From contig OZ024748.1 of assembly GCA_964016885.1 (NCBI GenBank), positions 26,784,001 through 26,848,000 of the forward strand: a stretch of 64,000 nt of DNA, written 5' to 3'. Both the position numbers and the translations under genes were made by a program. The DNA is from Eledone cirrhosa (taxonomy: Eukaryota). A model generated the notes under the pieces. It was not told where the DNA came from. It saw only the letters and a program-made list of their open reading frames with translations, and did no database searches. Shown here piece after piece: positions 10,942 through 23,952 of this stretch (within the stretch, counting starts at the first letter, position 1; each line of letters opens with the position of its first letter).

Positions 10942-13900
10942 GTGTGTGTGTGTGTGTGTGTGTCTGTAATTGTGTGTGTGTCTCTGTAATTGTGTGTGTG
11001 TCTGTGATTGTGTGTGTATATCTATGATTGTGTGTATATGTCTGTGATTGTGTGTTTGTATGTCTGTGATTGAGTGTGTGTGTATGTGATTGTGTATGTC
11101 TGTGATTGAGTGTGTGTATGTGTATGTCTGTGATTGAGAGTGTGTGTGTGATTGAGTGTGTTTATGTCTGTGATTGAGTGTGTGTGTATGTGATTGTGCA
11201 TGTCTGTGATTGTGTGTGTGTCTGTGATTGAGTATGTGTGTATGATTGTGTGTGTCTATGTCTGTGACTGTCTGTATGTCTGTGTCTGTATGTCTGTGAC
11301 TGTGTCTGTATGTCTGTGACTGTGTCTGTATGTCTGTGACTGTGTCTGTATGTCTGTGTCTGTATGTCTGTGACTGTCTGTATGTCTGTGATTTTGACTG
11401 TATGTCTGTGTCTGTGTCTGTATGTCTGTGACTGTGTCTGTATGTCTGTGACTGTCTGTATGTCTGTGACTGTATCTGTATGTCTGTGACTGTGTCTGTA
11501 TGTCTGTATGTCTGTGACTGTGACTGTATGTCTGACTGTCTGTAAGTCTGACTGTGACTGTATGTCTGTGACTGCCTGTATGTCTGTGACTGTCTGTATG
11601 TCTGTGACTGTCTGTATGTCTGTATGTCTATGACTGTGTCTGTATGTCTGTGACAGTGTCTGTATGTCTGTGACTGTGTCTGTATGTCTGTGACTGTGTC
11701 TGTATGTCTGTGTCTGTATGTCTGTGACTGTCTATATGTCTGTGACTGTGTCTGTATGTCTGTGACTGTCTGTATGTCTGAGACTGTGTCTGTATGTCTG
11801 TGACTGTATGTCTGTATGTCTGTGACTGTACGTATGTGACTGTATGTCTGACTGTCTGTAAGTCTGACTGTGACTGTGACTGTGTCTGTATCTGTATGTC
11901 TGACTGTGTCTGTATGTCTGTGTCTGTATGTCTGTGTCTGTACGTCTGTGTCTGTATGTATGTGACTGTGTCTGTATGTCTGTGACTGTGTCTGTACGTC
12001 TGTGTCTGTATGTCTGTGACTGTATGTCTGAGACTGTGTCTGCATGTCTGTGACTGTGTCTGTACGTCTGTGTCTGTATGTCTGTGACTGTCTGTATGTC
12101 TGTGACTGTGTCTGTACGTCTGTGACTGTCTGTATGTCTGTGACTGTGTCTGCATGTCTGTGACTGTGACTGTATGTCTGTGACTGTGTCTGTATGTCTG
12201 TGACTGTGTCTGTATGTCTGTGACTGTGTCTGTACGTCTGTGACTGTGTCTGTACGTCTGTGTCTGTATGTCTGACTGTGACTGTATGACTGTGACTGTG
12301 TCTGTATGTCTGTGTCTGTATAACTGTGACTATGTCTGTCACTGTGTCTGTATGTCTGTTACTGTGTCTGTATGTCTGTTACTGTGTCTGTATGTCTGTT
12401 ACTCTGTCTGTATGTCTGTGATATGTCTGTGATATGTCTGTATGTCTGCATCTGTATGTCTGTGACTGTGTCTGTATGTCTGTGACTGTGACTGTATGTC
12501 TGTGACTGTGACTGTATGTCTGTGACTGTGACTATGTCTGTGTCTGTATGTCTGTGACTGTGATTGTGTCTGTATGTCTGTGACTGTGTCTGTATAACTG
12601 TGACTATGTCTGTCACTGTGTCTGTATGTCTGTTACTGTGTCTGTATGTCTGTTACTGTGTCTGTATGTCTGTGATATGTCTGTATGTCTGCGTCTGTAT
12701 GTCTGTGACTGTGACTGTATGTCTGTGACTGTGACTATGTCTGTGTCTGTATGTCTGCGACTGTGTCTGTATGTCTGTGACTGTGTCTGTGTGACTGTGC
12801 CTGTTTTTACGTCTGTGACTGTCTGTATGTCTGTGACTGTGTCTGTATGTCTGTGACTGTCTGTATGTCTGTGACTGTATGTCTGTGACTGTCTGTATGT
12901 TTGTGACTGTATCTGTATGTCTGTGACTGTGTCTGTATGTCTGACTGTCTGTATGTCTGTGACTGTATGTCTGACTGTCTGTAAGTCTGACTGTGACTGT
13001 ATGTCTGTGACTGCCTGTATGTCTGTGACTGTCTGTATGTCTGTGACTGTCTGTATGTCTATGACTGTGTCTGTATGTCTGTGACAGTGTCTGTATGTCT
13101 GTGACTGTGTCTGTATGTCTGTGACTGTGTCTGTATGTCTGTGACTGTCTATATGTCTGTGACTGTGTCTGTATGTCTGAGACTGTGTCTGTATGTCTGT
13201 GACTGTATGTCTGTATGTCTGTGACTGTACATATGTGACTGTATGTCTGACTGTCTGTAAGTCTGACTGTGTCTGTGACTGTGTCTGTATGTCTGTGTCT
13301 GTGACTGTGTCTGTATGTCTGTATGTCTGTATGTCTGTGACTGTCTGTACGTCTGTGTCTGTATGTCTGTGACTGTATGTCTGAGACTGTGTCTGCATGT
13401 CTGTGACTGTGACTGTATGTATGTCTGTGACTGTGTCTGTACGTCTGTGTCTGTATGTCTGTATGTCTGTGACTGTCTGTATGTCTGTGACTGTCTGTGT
13501 GACTGTGTCTGTACGTCTGTGACTGTCTGTATGTCTGTGACTGTGACTGTATGTCTGTGACTGTGTCTGTATGTCTGTGACTGTGTCTGTATGTCTGTGA
13601 CTGTGTCTGTACGTCTGTGTCTGTATGTCTGACTGTGACTGTATGACTGTGACTGTGTCTGTATGTCTGTGACTGTGTCTGTATAACTGTGACTATGTCT
13701 GTCACTGTGTCTGTATGTCTGTTACTGTGTCTGTATGTCTGTTACTGTGTCTGTATGTCTGATATGTCTGTATGTCTGTGACTGTGTCTGTATGTCTGTG
13801 ACTGTGACTGTATGTCTGTGACTGTGACTGTATGTCTGTGACTGTGACTATGTCTGTGTCTGTATGTCTGTGACTGTGACTGTATGTCTGTGACTGTATG

Positions 13901-16150
13901 TCTGTGACTGTGACTGTATGTCTGTGACTGTATGTCTGCGACTGTGTCTGTATGTCTGTGACTGTGTCTGTGTGACTGTGCCTGTATGTCTGTGACTGTT
14001 TTTACGTCTGTGACTGTCTGTATGTCTGTGACTGTGTCTGTGTGACTGTGCCTGTATGTCTGACTGTTTTTACGTCTGTGACTGTCTGTATGTCTGTGAC
14101 TGTGACTGTATGTCTGTGACTGTGACTGTATGTCTGTGTCTGTATGTCTGTGACTGTGTCTGTACGTCTGTGTCTGTATGTCTGACTGTGACTGTATGAC
14201 TGTGACTGTGTCTGTATGTCTGTGACTGTGTCTGTATAACTGTGACTATGTCTGTCACTGTGTCTGTATGTCTGTTACTGTGTCTGTATGTCTGTATGTC
14301 TGTGACTGTGACTGTATGTCTGTGACTGTGACTGTATGTCTGTGACTGTGACTATGTCTGTGTCTGTATGTCTGTATGTCTGTGACTGTGTCTGTGTGAC
14401 TGTGCCTGTATGTCTGTGACTGTTTTTACGTCTGTGACTGTCTGTATGTCTGTGACTGTGTCTGTATGTCTGTGACTGTGTCTGTATGTCTGTGACTGTG
14501 TCTGTATGTCTGTGACTGTGTCTGTATGTCTGTGACTGTGACTGTATGTCTGTGACTGTCTGTATGTCTGTGACTGTGTCTGTATGTCTGTGACTGTGTC
14601 TATGTCTGTGACTGTGACTGTATGTCTGTGACTGTGTCTGTACGTCTGTGTCTGTATGTCTGTGACTGTGTCTGTGTGACTGTGACTGTATTTCTGTGAC
14701 TGTCTGTATGTCTGTGACTGTATTTCTGTGACTGTGCCTGTATGTCTGTGACTGTCTGTATTTCTGTGACTGTGTCTGTATGTCTGTGACTGTGTCTGTA
14801 TGTCTGTACGTATGTGACTGTGTCTGTATGTCTGTTACTGTGTCTGTATGACTGTGACTGTGTCTGTATGTCGGTGACTGTGTCTGTATGACTGTGTCTG
14901 TATGTCTGTGTCTGTATGTCTGTGTCTGACTATGTCTGTGACTATGTCTGTATGTCTGTGTCTATGTCTGTATGTCTGTGACTATGTCTGTCACTGTGTC
15001 TGTATATATGTGACTGTGTGTCTGTGACTGTGTCTGTATGTATGTGACTGTGTCTGTATGTCTGTGACTGTGTCTGTATGTCTGTGATTGTGTCTGTACA
15101 TCTGTGACTGTGACTGTATTTCTGTGACTGTGTCTGTATGTCTGTGACTGTGTCTGTATGTCTGTGACTGTGTCTGAATGTCTGTGACTGTGTCTGAATG
15201 TCTGTGACTGTGTCTGTATGTCTGTACGTATGTGACTGTGTCTGAATGTCTGTTACTGTGTCTGTATGACTGTGACTGTGTCTGTATGTCTGTGTCTGTA
15301 TGTCTATGTCTGTGACTGTGACTGTATTTCTGTGACTGTGTCTGTATGTCTGTTACTGTGTCTATGTCTGTACATATGTGACTGTGTCTGTATGTCTGTG
15401 ACTGTGTCTGTATGTCTGTTACTGTGTCTGTATGACTGTGACTGTGTCTGTATGTGTGTACGTATGTGACTGTGACTGTGTCTGTGACTGTGACTGTCTG
15501 TATAACTGTGACTGTATGTCTGTGACTGTGTCTGTATGTCTGTGACTGTGACTGTGACTGTGCCTGTATGTCTGTGACTGTCTGTACATCTGCGACTGTG
15601 TCTGTATGTCTGCGACTGTGTCTGTATGTCTGTGACTGTGTCTATATGTCTGACTGTGCCTGTATGTCTGTGACTGTGTCTGTATGTCTGTACGTATGTG
15701 ACTGTGTCTGTATGTCTGTGTCTGTATGTGTGACTGTGTCTGTATGTCTGTTACTGTGTCTGTATGACTGTGACTGTGTGACTGTGACTGTGTCTGTATG
15801 TCGGTGACTGTGTCTGTATGTCTGTGTCTGTATGTCTGTGTCTGCATTTCTGTGTCTGTATGTCTGTGTCTGTGACTATGTATGTCTGTGACTATGTCTG
15901 TATGTCTGTCACTGTGTCTGTATGTCTGTCACTGTGTCTGTATGTATGTGACTGTGTGTCTGTGACTGTGTCTGTATGTCTGTGATTGTGTCTGTATGTC
16001 TGTGACTGTGTCTGTATGTCTGTGACTGTGTCTGTATGTCTGTGACTGTGTCTGTATGTCTGTGTCTGTATGTCTCTGTCTGTGTGACTGTGTCTGTGTC
16101 TGTATGTCTGTGATTGTGTCTGTACGTCTGTATGTTTGTGCCTGTGTGTC
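10942..16150. repeat. 5.2-kb complex satellite built from tgtc/tgta/tgtgac blocks
   Basis: Core unit about tgtgactgtgtctgtatgtc. Rare variants (ctgtaagtctga, tataactgtgactatgtctgtcac) recur in the same order. Confidence 0.95.
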
Positions 16151-16564
16151 TTCTTAAGTTTATTAGGTTGAATCCCTTTATATCAAAATGGCAATTTTGT
16201 CATTTGATAAACAAACATTCAGTGAAATAAATAGTGGAATCAGTATGATCAACTGTAGATGACAGTGCTCCAGCATGGTCACAGTCCTATTACTGAAACT
16301 AGTAAAAGAAGATATCATGCTAGCATGACAGAGAGAAAGAGAGAAGATAGCAGCGATGTGAAGAGATGCTCCCTACAGTTGTGGAGAATATTATTTATAT
16401 TTGCAATGTTATAACCTTGAAGAGGAAACTCAATTATGTAGGAGTTAGTGTTATCTATGAGAAGAATTGAAAGGTTTCCACAATGAAGACAGGGCAAATG
16501 TTGATTTAACACTATCTAGAATGGAGTTAGAGTTAATAGATGACAAGAGATGAAGGATGGCAAG

Positions 16565-17050
16565 TGGTAGTGTTGGGTTGGGTCTCTGTCAGTTACCATC
16601 AGTAATTTAAATAACAGATCAGCATGCTCCTGGAATTAATATGGAAGTGGCTGAGCATTCCACAGGCACCTGTGCCCTCAACATTGTTCTCAGAGATTCA
16701 GCATGACAAGGCTGTCCCTATAAATTACTGGCACAGTCCTCTTGTATTATAGTGTAAGTGGCTGAGCATTCTACAGGCACCTGTACCCTTCCCGTAGTTC
16801 TCAGGAAGAGCCAGCAGGATAGTGTGAAACAAGGCTGGCCCTTTAAATTACAAATACAGTCCATCATGTATTGTAAGTGGCTGAGCATTACACCAACTCA
16901 TGTACCGTTACTGTTGTTCTGAGGGAGATTCAGTGAAATATAATGTGTTCCAGCTGGGTGAACTGGAGCAATGTGAAATATAGTGTCTTTCCCAAAATCA
17001 AACTCATGACCTTATGAAGGTGGTTTGAACTCTCTAACCACTAAACCACT
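16565..17050 (-). mobile_element. CORE-type SINE variant with internally triplicated ~115-bp segment
   Basis: aagtggctgagcatt..cctgt.ccct..gttctc..caaggctg.ccct occurs three times (near 16646, 16756, 16875), followed by CORE ctggagcaatgtgaaata and a tRNA-like head. Confidence 0.65.
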
Positions 17051-17164
17051 CACATTCCCCATTAATGATGGACAGTTGATCTATGGAATTTGTGACATTG
17101 TCAACTACATAAAAATTAATGTGTAAAAATTCTTAAAAATGGCTTTGCTCTTTCAAATGTATGT

Positions 17165-17275
17165 ATGGGCCCATAACTCCTGATGGAGTTGGGGGCTGCC
17201 ATATTGACATTGGGCATTTTAAGCCTGGTGGAACCCATCAGCTCTCCAGGGGTCTTTTGAATAGGAAGGAGGAAA
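17165..17275 (-). mobile_element. Tail fragment of Nin-SINE subfamily C
   Basis: Reverse complement matches 35185-35282 and 55670-55790 (ctggagag..aaaatgccc..tgtcaat.t.gc..caggagttatgg). Confidence 0.55.
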
Positions 17276-18115
17276 TTGCTGTTACCTCTAAGGATTACTT
17301 AAATAACACAAAACAGATAGGTAAATAAATACAATATGCTATCTATTGAAGGAAACACTATCGTATTTTTTTTTACTGTTATCTTGGAGCAAAGAAAAAC
17401 ACAATTCTAGAGGTCTTATTAACAGATAGTAATCAGGAATAAAAGAAAACAAAAAGACATAAAATACAGAGAGAGTGTGTGTGTGGGGGGGGGGGGGGTT
17501 ATTTTTCTTTCTTTAAGGTTTTTTATTGTTATTTTATATTTAAAAGTAATAAATAAATAAAACAAGAGCAAGGTTATTAGAATTAGCAACAAGCTGTAAG
17601 AGAATTGAAAATGGAAGTGAATTTAGAAAAGTACAGTGAAGGTTTCCAAGGAAATAGCAAGTTCATGTTAATGGTATGGTATAAAAGAACTAACTATAGT
17701 TAAGCAGTCTACTAGGCTGCTGTATGAATAAACACATGCTCTCTTGTTTCCATCCAGTTTTTATTTATTATTATTATTATTTTCTTAAGAACTTTATATG
17801 TTGAAGATCTTAATCTCACTTCAAAAGGGGGTTTGAAATTCCCTACAGAAGAGAAACATAGAGCTTGAGTGTCTCTATGGAAAAGAAGTAGGTGTGATCC
17901 CTTGGTTGCTGACCCAGATATCATCAGACACTGTGGGATGGGGTTGAGGGAGTGAGAGAGCCCCACATCACCCCTCCTTGGCTACACTGACTTCAGATCT
18001 CTGCATGAAACTGGCGTCAAAAATTGATTTGCTGCACCCACAAAAGCCATTTTGCCATGCTCTGTGACTTCTTTCCTGTAATCTAATCTAAATCATTTAT
18101 TATTATTATTATCCA

Positions 18116-18345
18116 TGGTGGAGAATTGGCAGTATCGGTAGAGCATCAGACAACATGCTTGGTGGCATAGGGTTATGGCTCTTTACGTTCTGAGTTCAAA
18201 TCCTGTCGAGGTTAGCTTTGACTTTTATCCTTACGGGGGCGATAAAATAAAGTATCAGTAATGCACTGGAGTCAATTTATTTGACTTCCCCTCCCCCTAA
18301 ATTGTTGGCCTTGTGCCTAAATCAGAAACCATTATTATTATTATT
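18116..18345 (+). mobile_element. Full-length Nin-type tRNA SINE
   Basis: A-box-like tggcagtatcgg, B-box gagttcaaatcc, Nin-like domain and (ATT)n tail. Confidence 0.8.
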
Positions 18346-18711
18346 GAAAGTTATTTATTTGTTTATTTATTTAGTCAGCGTCTTTATTATTATTGGTATA
18401 ATATTATATTTCCATTTATGGCATTTATATTTTTTTTTTATTAAATCCTCCACTGGGAAAAAATCTGAAGAATTTTAAAATTAAGTATATATAAAAATAA
18501 AAACCATTATCCGCTTGTGTTTCTCCGTCTAGTCTGTTGGAATAGTTTGGTATTGGAGTGCAGTTATATCAACGTAATTAGTATTGTTGCACACATCAAT
18601 GTTGTAACATTATATATGTGTGTGTGTGTGTGTGTGTGTAATTATCATTTGTCTATTTTCACACACACACACACACACACATATAATTATCGTTTTACAT
18701 TCAATTTCCCA

Positions 18712-18781
<70 letters not shown>

Positions 18782-19104
18782 ATAATTAATGCCAGTGGCT
18801 AGGCAGAACCAGTGTTTAGAGTGAGTATTGGTGTAAAATGTGTTACAACATTTACTGAAGTTTTTTCTCGAGCAGAACCTTCCTTAGTTGAGATCCCTAG
18901 TGATTATATTTCTACCTTTCATCTGTGTGAGGTCAATAAAAACCTACAGTACATAGTCAATGATACTATTCTCAGATTTTAACAAAATAATTGACTTAAT
19001 GCCTAGTCTAAAGAAATTATATCTTTGTAATAACTACACTGGTGGCGTACAGTCAACACAAGTAACCAGTAAACCAAGCTCAGTAGTGACTCCTTTTCTA
19101 CTTC

Positions 19105-19490
19105 AAGTAGAATTAGTTAGCCAGGGGTTAGAAGAGGTAGTCATGGGTTAGGAGATGTAACTGAGTGTTAGTAGAAGTAACCAAAATATAGTAGAGGTAA
19201 CAAGAGGTTAGTAGAGGGAATCATGGTTTAGTATGAGTAACTGAGGTGGATTGGCAGTATCGGTAGAGGGTCGGACGCCATGCTTTCCAGCATAGTTACG
19301 TCCCTTTACGGTCTGAGTTCAAATCCCGCTGAGGTTAACTTTACCTTTCATCCTTACGGGGTCGATAAAATAAAGTACCAGTAATATACTGGGTAATTGC
19401 TGGCCTTGTGCCAAAAATAGAAACAAGTATGAGTAACTGAGGTTTAGTAGGAGTGGCTTAGGGTTAGTAAAGGTAGTCAAGAGGAAGTAG
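19105..19490. repeat. Degenerate ~19-bp tandem repeat (ttagtagaggtaac..)
   Basis: Periodic ttag..gagg/gagtaac units, split by the SINE at 19248-19425. Confidence 0.6.
19248..19425 (+). mobile_element. Nin-type tRNA SINE with 18-bp TSD
   Basis: TSD agtatgagtaactgaggt at 19230-19247 and 19426-19443. A/B boxes present. Confidence 0.85.
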
Positions 19491-19599
19491 AGTTATCACA
19501 ATACATCAAAACACTGGACTAAATGTTTTAAAGTGTTTTGTTACATCTTTCTTGTGTTATAATTGATATGTTATTTAATGTGTTATACATAAATTGTGT

Positions 19600-19632
<33 letters not shown>

Positions 19633-20069
19633 TAATGTGTTATAGAAACATTGCATTTCATGAACAATAGCATCATTGGTTACAGGTTTCCAACTGGGCA
19701 ATTATTAGGCTCACTTCTTGACAGCAACAAGGGACTGTGTGCTGCAACTCTGGAGGAACATATTGTATTTTTTTTCATGCTGATGTTTGCATCTTTTACC
19801 TATATATATATATGTGTGTACATTACACACACATATATAAATATATACATACATAATTTATTATAACTGTAAAGCTACACGAATAACTCGGAGTTTGATA
19901 TTGTAGAATTAGGGGGGGGGGGGTCAAAAAGCTTAATGACCCTGGAAAATTGAAAAGCAAAGTGGATCTGAGAAGGATATGTAAAGTACTGAAACTAAAT
20001 ACTACATGGATTTTTGTCCAATGCTCTACTGATTCTGCCAATATAGCATGATGTACTCTATATAATAAT

Positions 20070-20253
20070 TGTTTCTACTTTTGGCATAAGGCCAGCAATT
20101 TCCCAGTACATTACTGGTACTTTATTTTATCGACCCCATAAGGATGAAAGGCAAAGTTAACCTCGACGGGATTTGAACTCAGACCGTAAAGGGACGTAAC
20201 TATGCTAGAAAGCATGGCGTCCAACCCCTTGCCGATACTGCCAATTCACCGCC
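20070..20253 (-). mobile_element. Nin-type tRNA SINE with 12-bp TSD
   Basis: TSD ctatataataat at 20058-20069 and 20254-20265. Confidence 0.85.
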
Positions 20254-20269
20254 CTATATAATAATGAAG

Positions 20270-20320
20270 ATAGTATTGTGGTTAGAATTCTTGGCTTTCA
20301 CCCAGGCAAGTACTGATTCT
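20270..20320 (+). pseudogene. tRNA-Glu(TTC)-derived fragment
   Basis: ggttagaattcttggctttcacccaggc resembles the D-arm/anticodon arm of tRNA-Glu (GGTTAGGATTCCTGGTTTTCACCCAGGC). T-arm is degenerate. Confidence 0.55.
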
Positions 20321-20594
20321 GCAGGCACTCTATATAATGGTTTCTGATTACAATTTTGGATTAGGGGATAGTCGATTAAACCAACCCCAGTGCATTACTG
20401 GTACTTTATTTTATCTACCCCATAAGGATGAAAGGCAAAGCTTAACTCTATATGATTGATTCTACTTTAGGCACAAGGTCAGCAATTTGAGAGAAGAGGA
20501 AATTTGATTATATCAACCCCAGTACTTAACTGGTATTTTATTTTATTGACCCTGGAATGATGAAAAGCAAACTTGACCTTGGTGAGAATGAAGA

Positions 20595-20656
20595 TAAGTG
20601 TTATGGTTAGAATTGCTGGTTTTCATCCAGGCAAGTTCAATTCCCAGCATAAGAGA
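20595..20656 (+). pseudogene. tRNA-Glu(TTC)-like pseudogene or SINE head
   Basis: ggttagaattgctggttttcatccaggc-aa-gttcaattcccagcataaga: anticodon arm with TTC and a B-box, but the variable loop/T-stem is deleted and there is no acceptor stem. Confidence 0.6.
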
Positions 20657-21494
20657 TCATTTTTTCATGGACCAATAATAACTTCTATATCAGCACTCGA
20701 CTTCCTACAAATAGCAACCAAATCTCCTTAAAATACACTTTACCATTTTAAAAAAATAAGGAGGCATTAATATATGGTTTAGTGTGGGGTATGTTATACC
20801 TGAAAGAAAAATTGGATGGTCATGGCTAGAATGCATATTATCAGTGACAAATTGGGACTAAACAGAAACAAAAATAACAATGGTTTTTCTAATTTGGGCA
20901 CAAGGCCACAAATGTATGTGTGGGGGAGGGGTGTATGTGCATGAGGGAGGGTTATAATGGCTTAAACCATGTGTGTGGGAGTGGAGTGGGCTATAATGAC
21001 TTAAACCAACTGCACCCAAGCTCCCTTTCAAAAATTGTAATTGTCATAGCAACATCAGCTAGTTTATAGTTTAGGGGACAGGGAAACGTCATTAGTGAAA
21101 CTCCTGACCCTAACTTTCCTCTGTATCCCATTTATCCCATAACAACATCAACTGAATACCCTTTTGTGTGAGAGAGAGAGAGAGAGGGTGTTGTTCAATG
21201 CTCTAACACTTCTGTCAATTACTGCCGAGGGAGAGAGGGGGGGATACTTTATTGTATTGACCCCATCCTCACCACCCCTATAAAGAACGAAAAGCAAAGT
21301 TGACCTCTGCAGGATTTGAACTGAGAGACTAGAGAACCGGAACAAATACAAATACAGAAGACATTTCATCCTATGTTCTAATGGCTCTAATATTTGAACC
21401 AACAAAACATTCATAAAGATACACCCTGTACACTCTGTAAAGTGGTTAGTGATCAAACGGAGACAATATAGGGTTGAGATGACTCTTAATTTCA

Positions 21495-22010
21495 GTGCGG
21501 GAGCCATGATAAAATACACTCAATACACTCTGTACAGTGTTAGTGCTGGTGCCATGATAAAATACACCCAATACACTCTGTACAGTGTTAGTGCAGGTGC
21601 CATGATAAAGTACACCCAATACACTCTGTACAGTGTTAGTGCAGGTGCCATGATAAAGTACACCCAATACACTCTGTACAGTGTTAGTGCAGGTGCCATG
21701 ATAAAGTACACCCAATACACTCTGTAAAGTGTTAGTGCAGGTGCCATGATAAATAACACCCAATACACTCTGTAAAGTGCTAGTGCAGGTGCCATGATAA
21801 ATAACACCCAATACACTCTGTAAAGTGTTAGTGCTAGTGCTGGTGCCATGATAAAGTACACCCAATACACTCTGTACAGTGTTAGTGTTGGTACCATGAT
21901 ACATTCTGTAAAGTGCTAGTATTGGTGCCATGATAAAATGCACCCACTACACTCTGTAAAGTGTTACTGCTGGTGCCATGCTAAAATGCACCTAATACAT
22001 TCAGTAAAGT
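21495..22010 (+). repeat. 48-bp minisatellite (about 10 copies) derived from RTE-type SINE/LINE 3' segment
   Basis: Unit gccatgataaagtacacccaatacactctgtacagtgttagtgcaggt resembles gtgccacggcaaaaaaacacccagcactcactgtaaa, and the array runs into the RTE-like tail at 22010-22160. Confidence 0.9.
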
Positions 22011-22177
22011 TGTTGGATGTAGAGCGAGTATTCAGCCATAGAAACCATGTCAAAATATGCAAGGTATGATATCCCAACCATCTTGCCTCAGGTTGTGATA
22101 ACCTATCTAACCCATCCATGTTAATGTGGAATGCAGGCATAAAATCATAATTATGATGCAATGTTTCCAAAATTTTT

Positions 22178-23358
22178 ATTACTGACATTTATTTGGGAGC
22201 AAGTTTAGGGTCATTTTTAAAAATATAGTTGAGCTAGTGTTGGAATTTATTGGTTTTGGTCTGTCTGTTAATAGAATTGTTCAGTTTCTGTTTGTAAACA
22301 CTAAACTGGCTTTTGTATTTGTAACAACTCCTGTTGATTCTAGAAACTTCATTACCATATTTCTAACAAAAGTCAATTGTCTAGGATTTTCAAATAATTT
22401 TGAAGACAATAAAGAATTTGGAAGGGCTTATTAAAAAAAACTTTCTCACTTTCTGGTGTTTGGAACATAAAGGTTCTTTCATAAAATTATGATGGAAGTA
22501 TGAAAAATTTAAGACAAACAGCATAAGAGGTAACCATATTTTTAATGAAAGGCACTGCTTATGGTTTTCAAATTATTTTGAAAATAATCAAGAATTTGGA
22601 GGTATTTAGTAACATAACTAACTTTCTTATAATTAAACTGGTGTTTAGAGAACATAACATGTAATATAACTAACTTTCTTATAATTAAACTGGTGTTTAG
22701 AGAACATAACATGTACTATAACTAACTTTCTTATAATTAAACTGGTGTTTAGAGAACATAACATGTAATTTAACTAACTTTCTTATAATTAAACTGGTGT
22801 TTAGAGAACATAACATGTAATATAACTAACTTTCTTATAATTAAACTGGTGTTTAGAGAACATAACATGTAATATAACTAACTTTCTTATAATTAAACTG
22901 GTGTTTAGAGAACATAACATGTAATATAACTAACTTTCTTATAATTAAACTGGTGTTTAGAGAACATAACATGTAATATAACTAACTTTCTTATAATTAA
23001 CTGGTGTTTAGAGAACATAACATGTAATATAACTAACTTTCTTATAATTAAACTGGTGTTTAGAGAACATAACATGTAATATAACTAACTTTCTCATTAT
23101 TAAACTAGTGTTTAGAGAACATATAATTAATGATAGTAGAACTAATATCAGAGGTTTGGTACCAAAACAGTTAAATCTTTATTACTGATATTTATTAGTC
23201 AACAAGTTTAGGGTTATTTTAAAAATATAGTTGAGCTGGTGTTGAATTTTATTGGTTTTGGTCTGTCTGTTAATAGAATTGTTCAATTTCTGTTGTGTAA
23301 ACAATAAACTGTTTTTTGTATTTGTCACAACTCTTGTTGGTTCTAGAAACTTCATCAC
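22178..23358 (+). repeat. About 180-bp direct repeats (22178-22355 and 23178-23358) flanking MITE-B remnants and a 52-bp array
   Basis: tttattactga..aagtttaggg..aaaaatatagttgagct.gtgttg.atttattggttttggtctgtctgttaatagaattgttc..ttctagaaacttcat occurs twice. Confidence 0.8.
22612..23122. repeat. 52-bp minisatellite, about 9.5 copies
   Basis: Unit actttcttataattaaactggtgtttagagaacataacatgtaatataacta. Period 22621 to 22673. Confidence 0.95.
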
Positions 23359-23952
23359 ATAATGGTAGATATTTTACCTCTCCCCTTACATTGTATGTTT
23401 AAGCTATTTCAGATTTTGTTATTCTGTATTTGATTAGCTTTTTTATTTCCTTTTCAAAAAGGGGTGTTTTATTTCCTCTATATAGCTATGGCAATAGGTT
23501 TTTAAAAAAGGGCTGTGAAAGAAACAAAACAAAAAAAATTCAACCAAAATTAACTAAAAGCTTTTTTTTGTTAATATACTTTTAAGAATTCTAACTGCCA
23601 GAGAGAAATACTTTTTTCTGTATTCTCTGAGAAACCAATTTCCAAGAAATGCATCTCATTTATCCAACCTATGTGGGCATGGAAAAAACGGATGTTAAAT
23701 GTTGATGATAATAAGATGATGATAGTGTGCTGGGTGAAAACATTCAACCACTAAAATTAACCTAAAAGCTTTTATATATAGATATATCATCATCATCATC
23801 ATTTAATGTTAGCATGGGTAGGATGGGCTATACTTTTGTGAGAGATCCAGGCCAGAGGACCGTGTTTTAGTTATACAGAACTGATTTTGGATTGGTTTCT
23901 ATGATTAGATGCTCTTCCTAACGCCCATATATATATATATATATATATATAT

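Noticed and set aside
10858-15847. Long QTQSQTYRH-type ORFs
   Set aside because: Satellite translation artefacts.
20595-20656. Functional tRNA-Glu gene
   Set aside because: It lacks an acceptor stem and part of the T-arm. Kept only as a pseudogene-like fragment.
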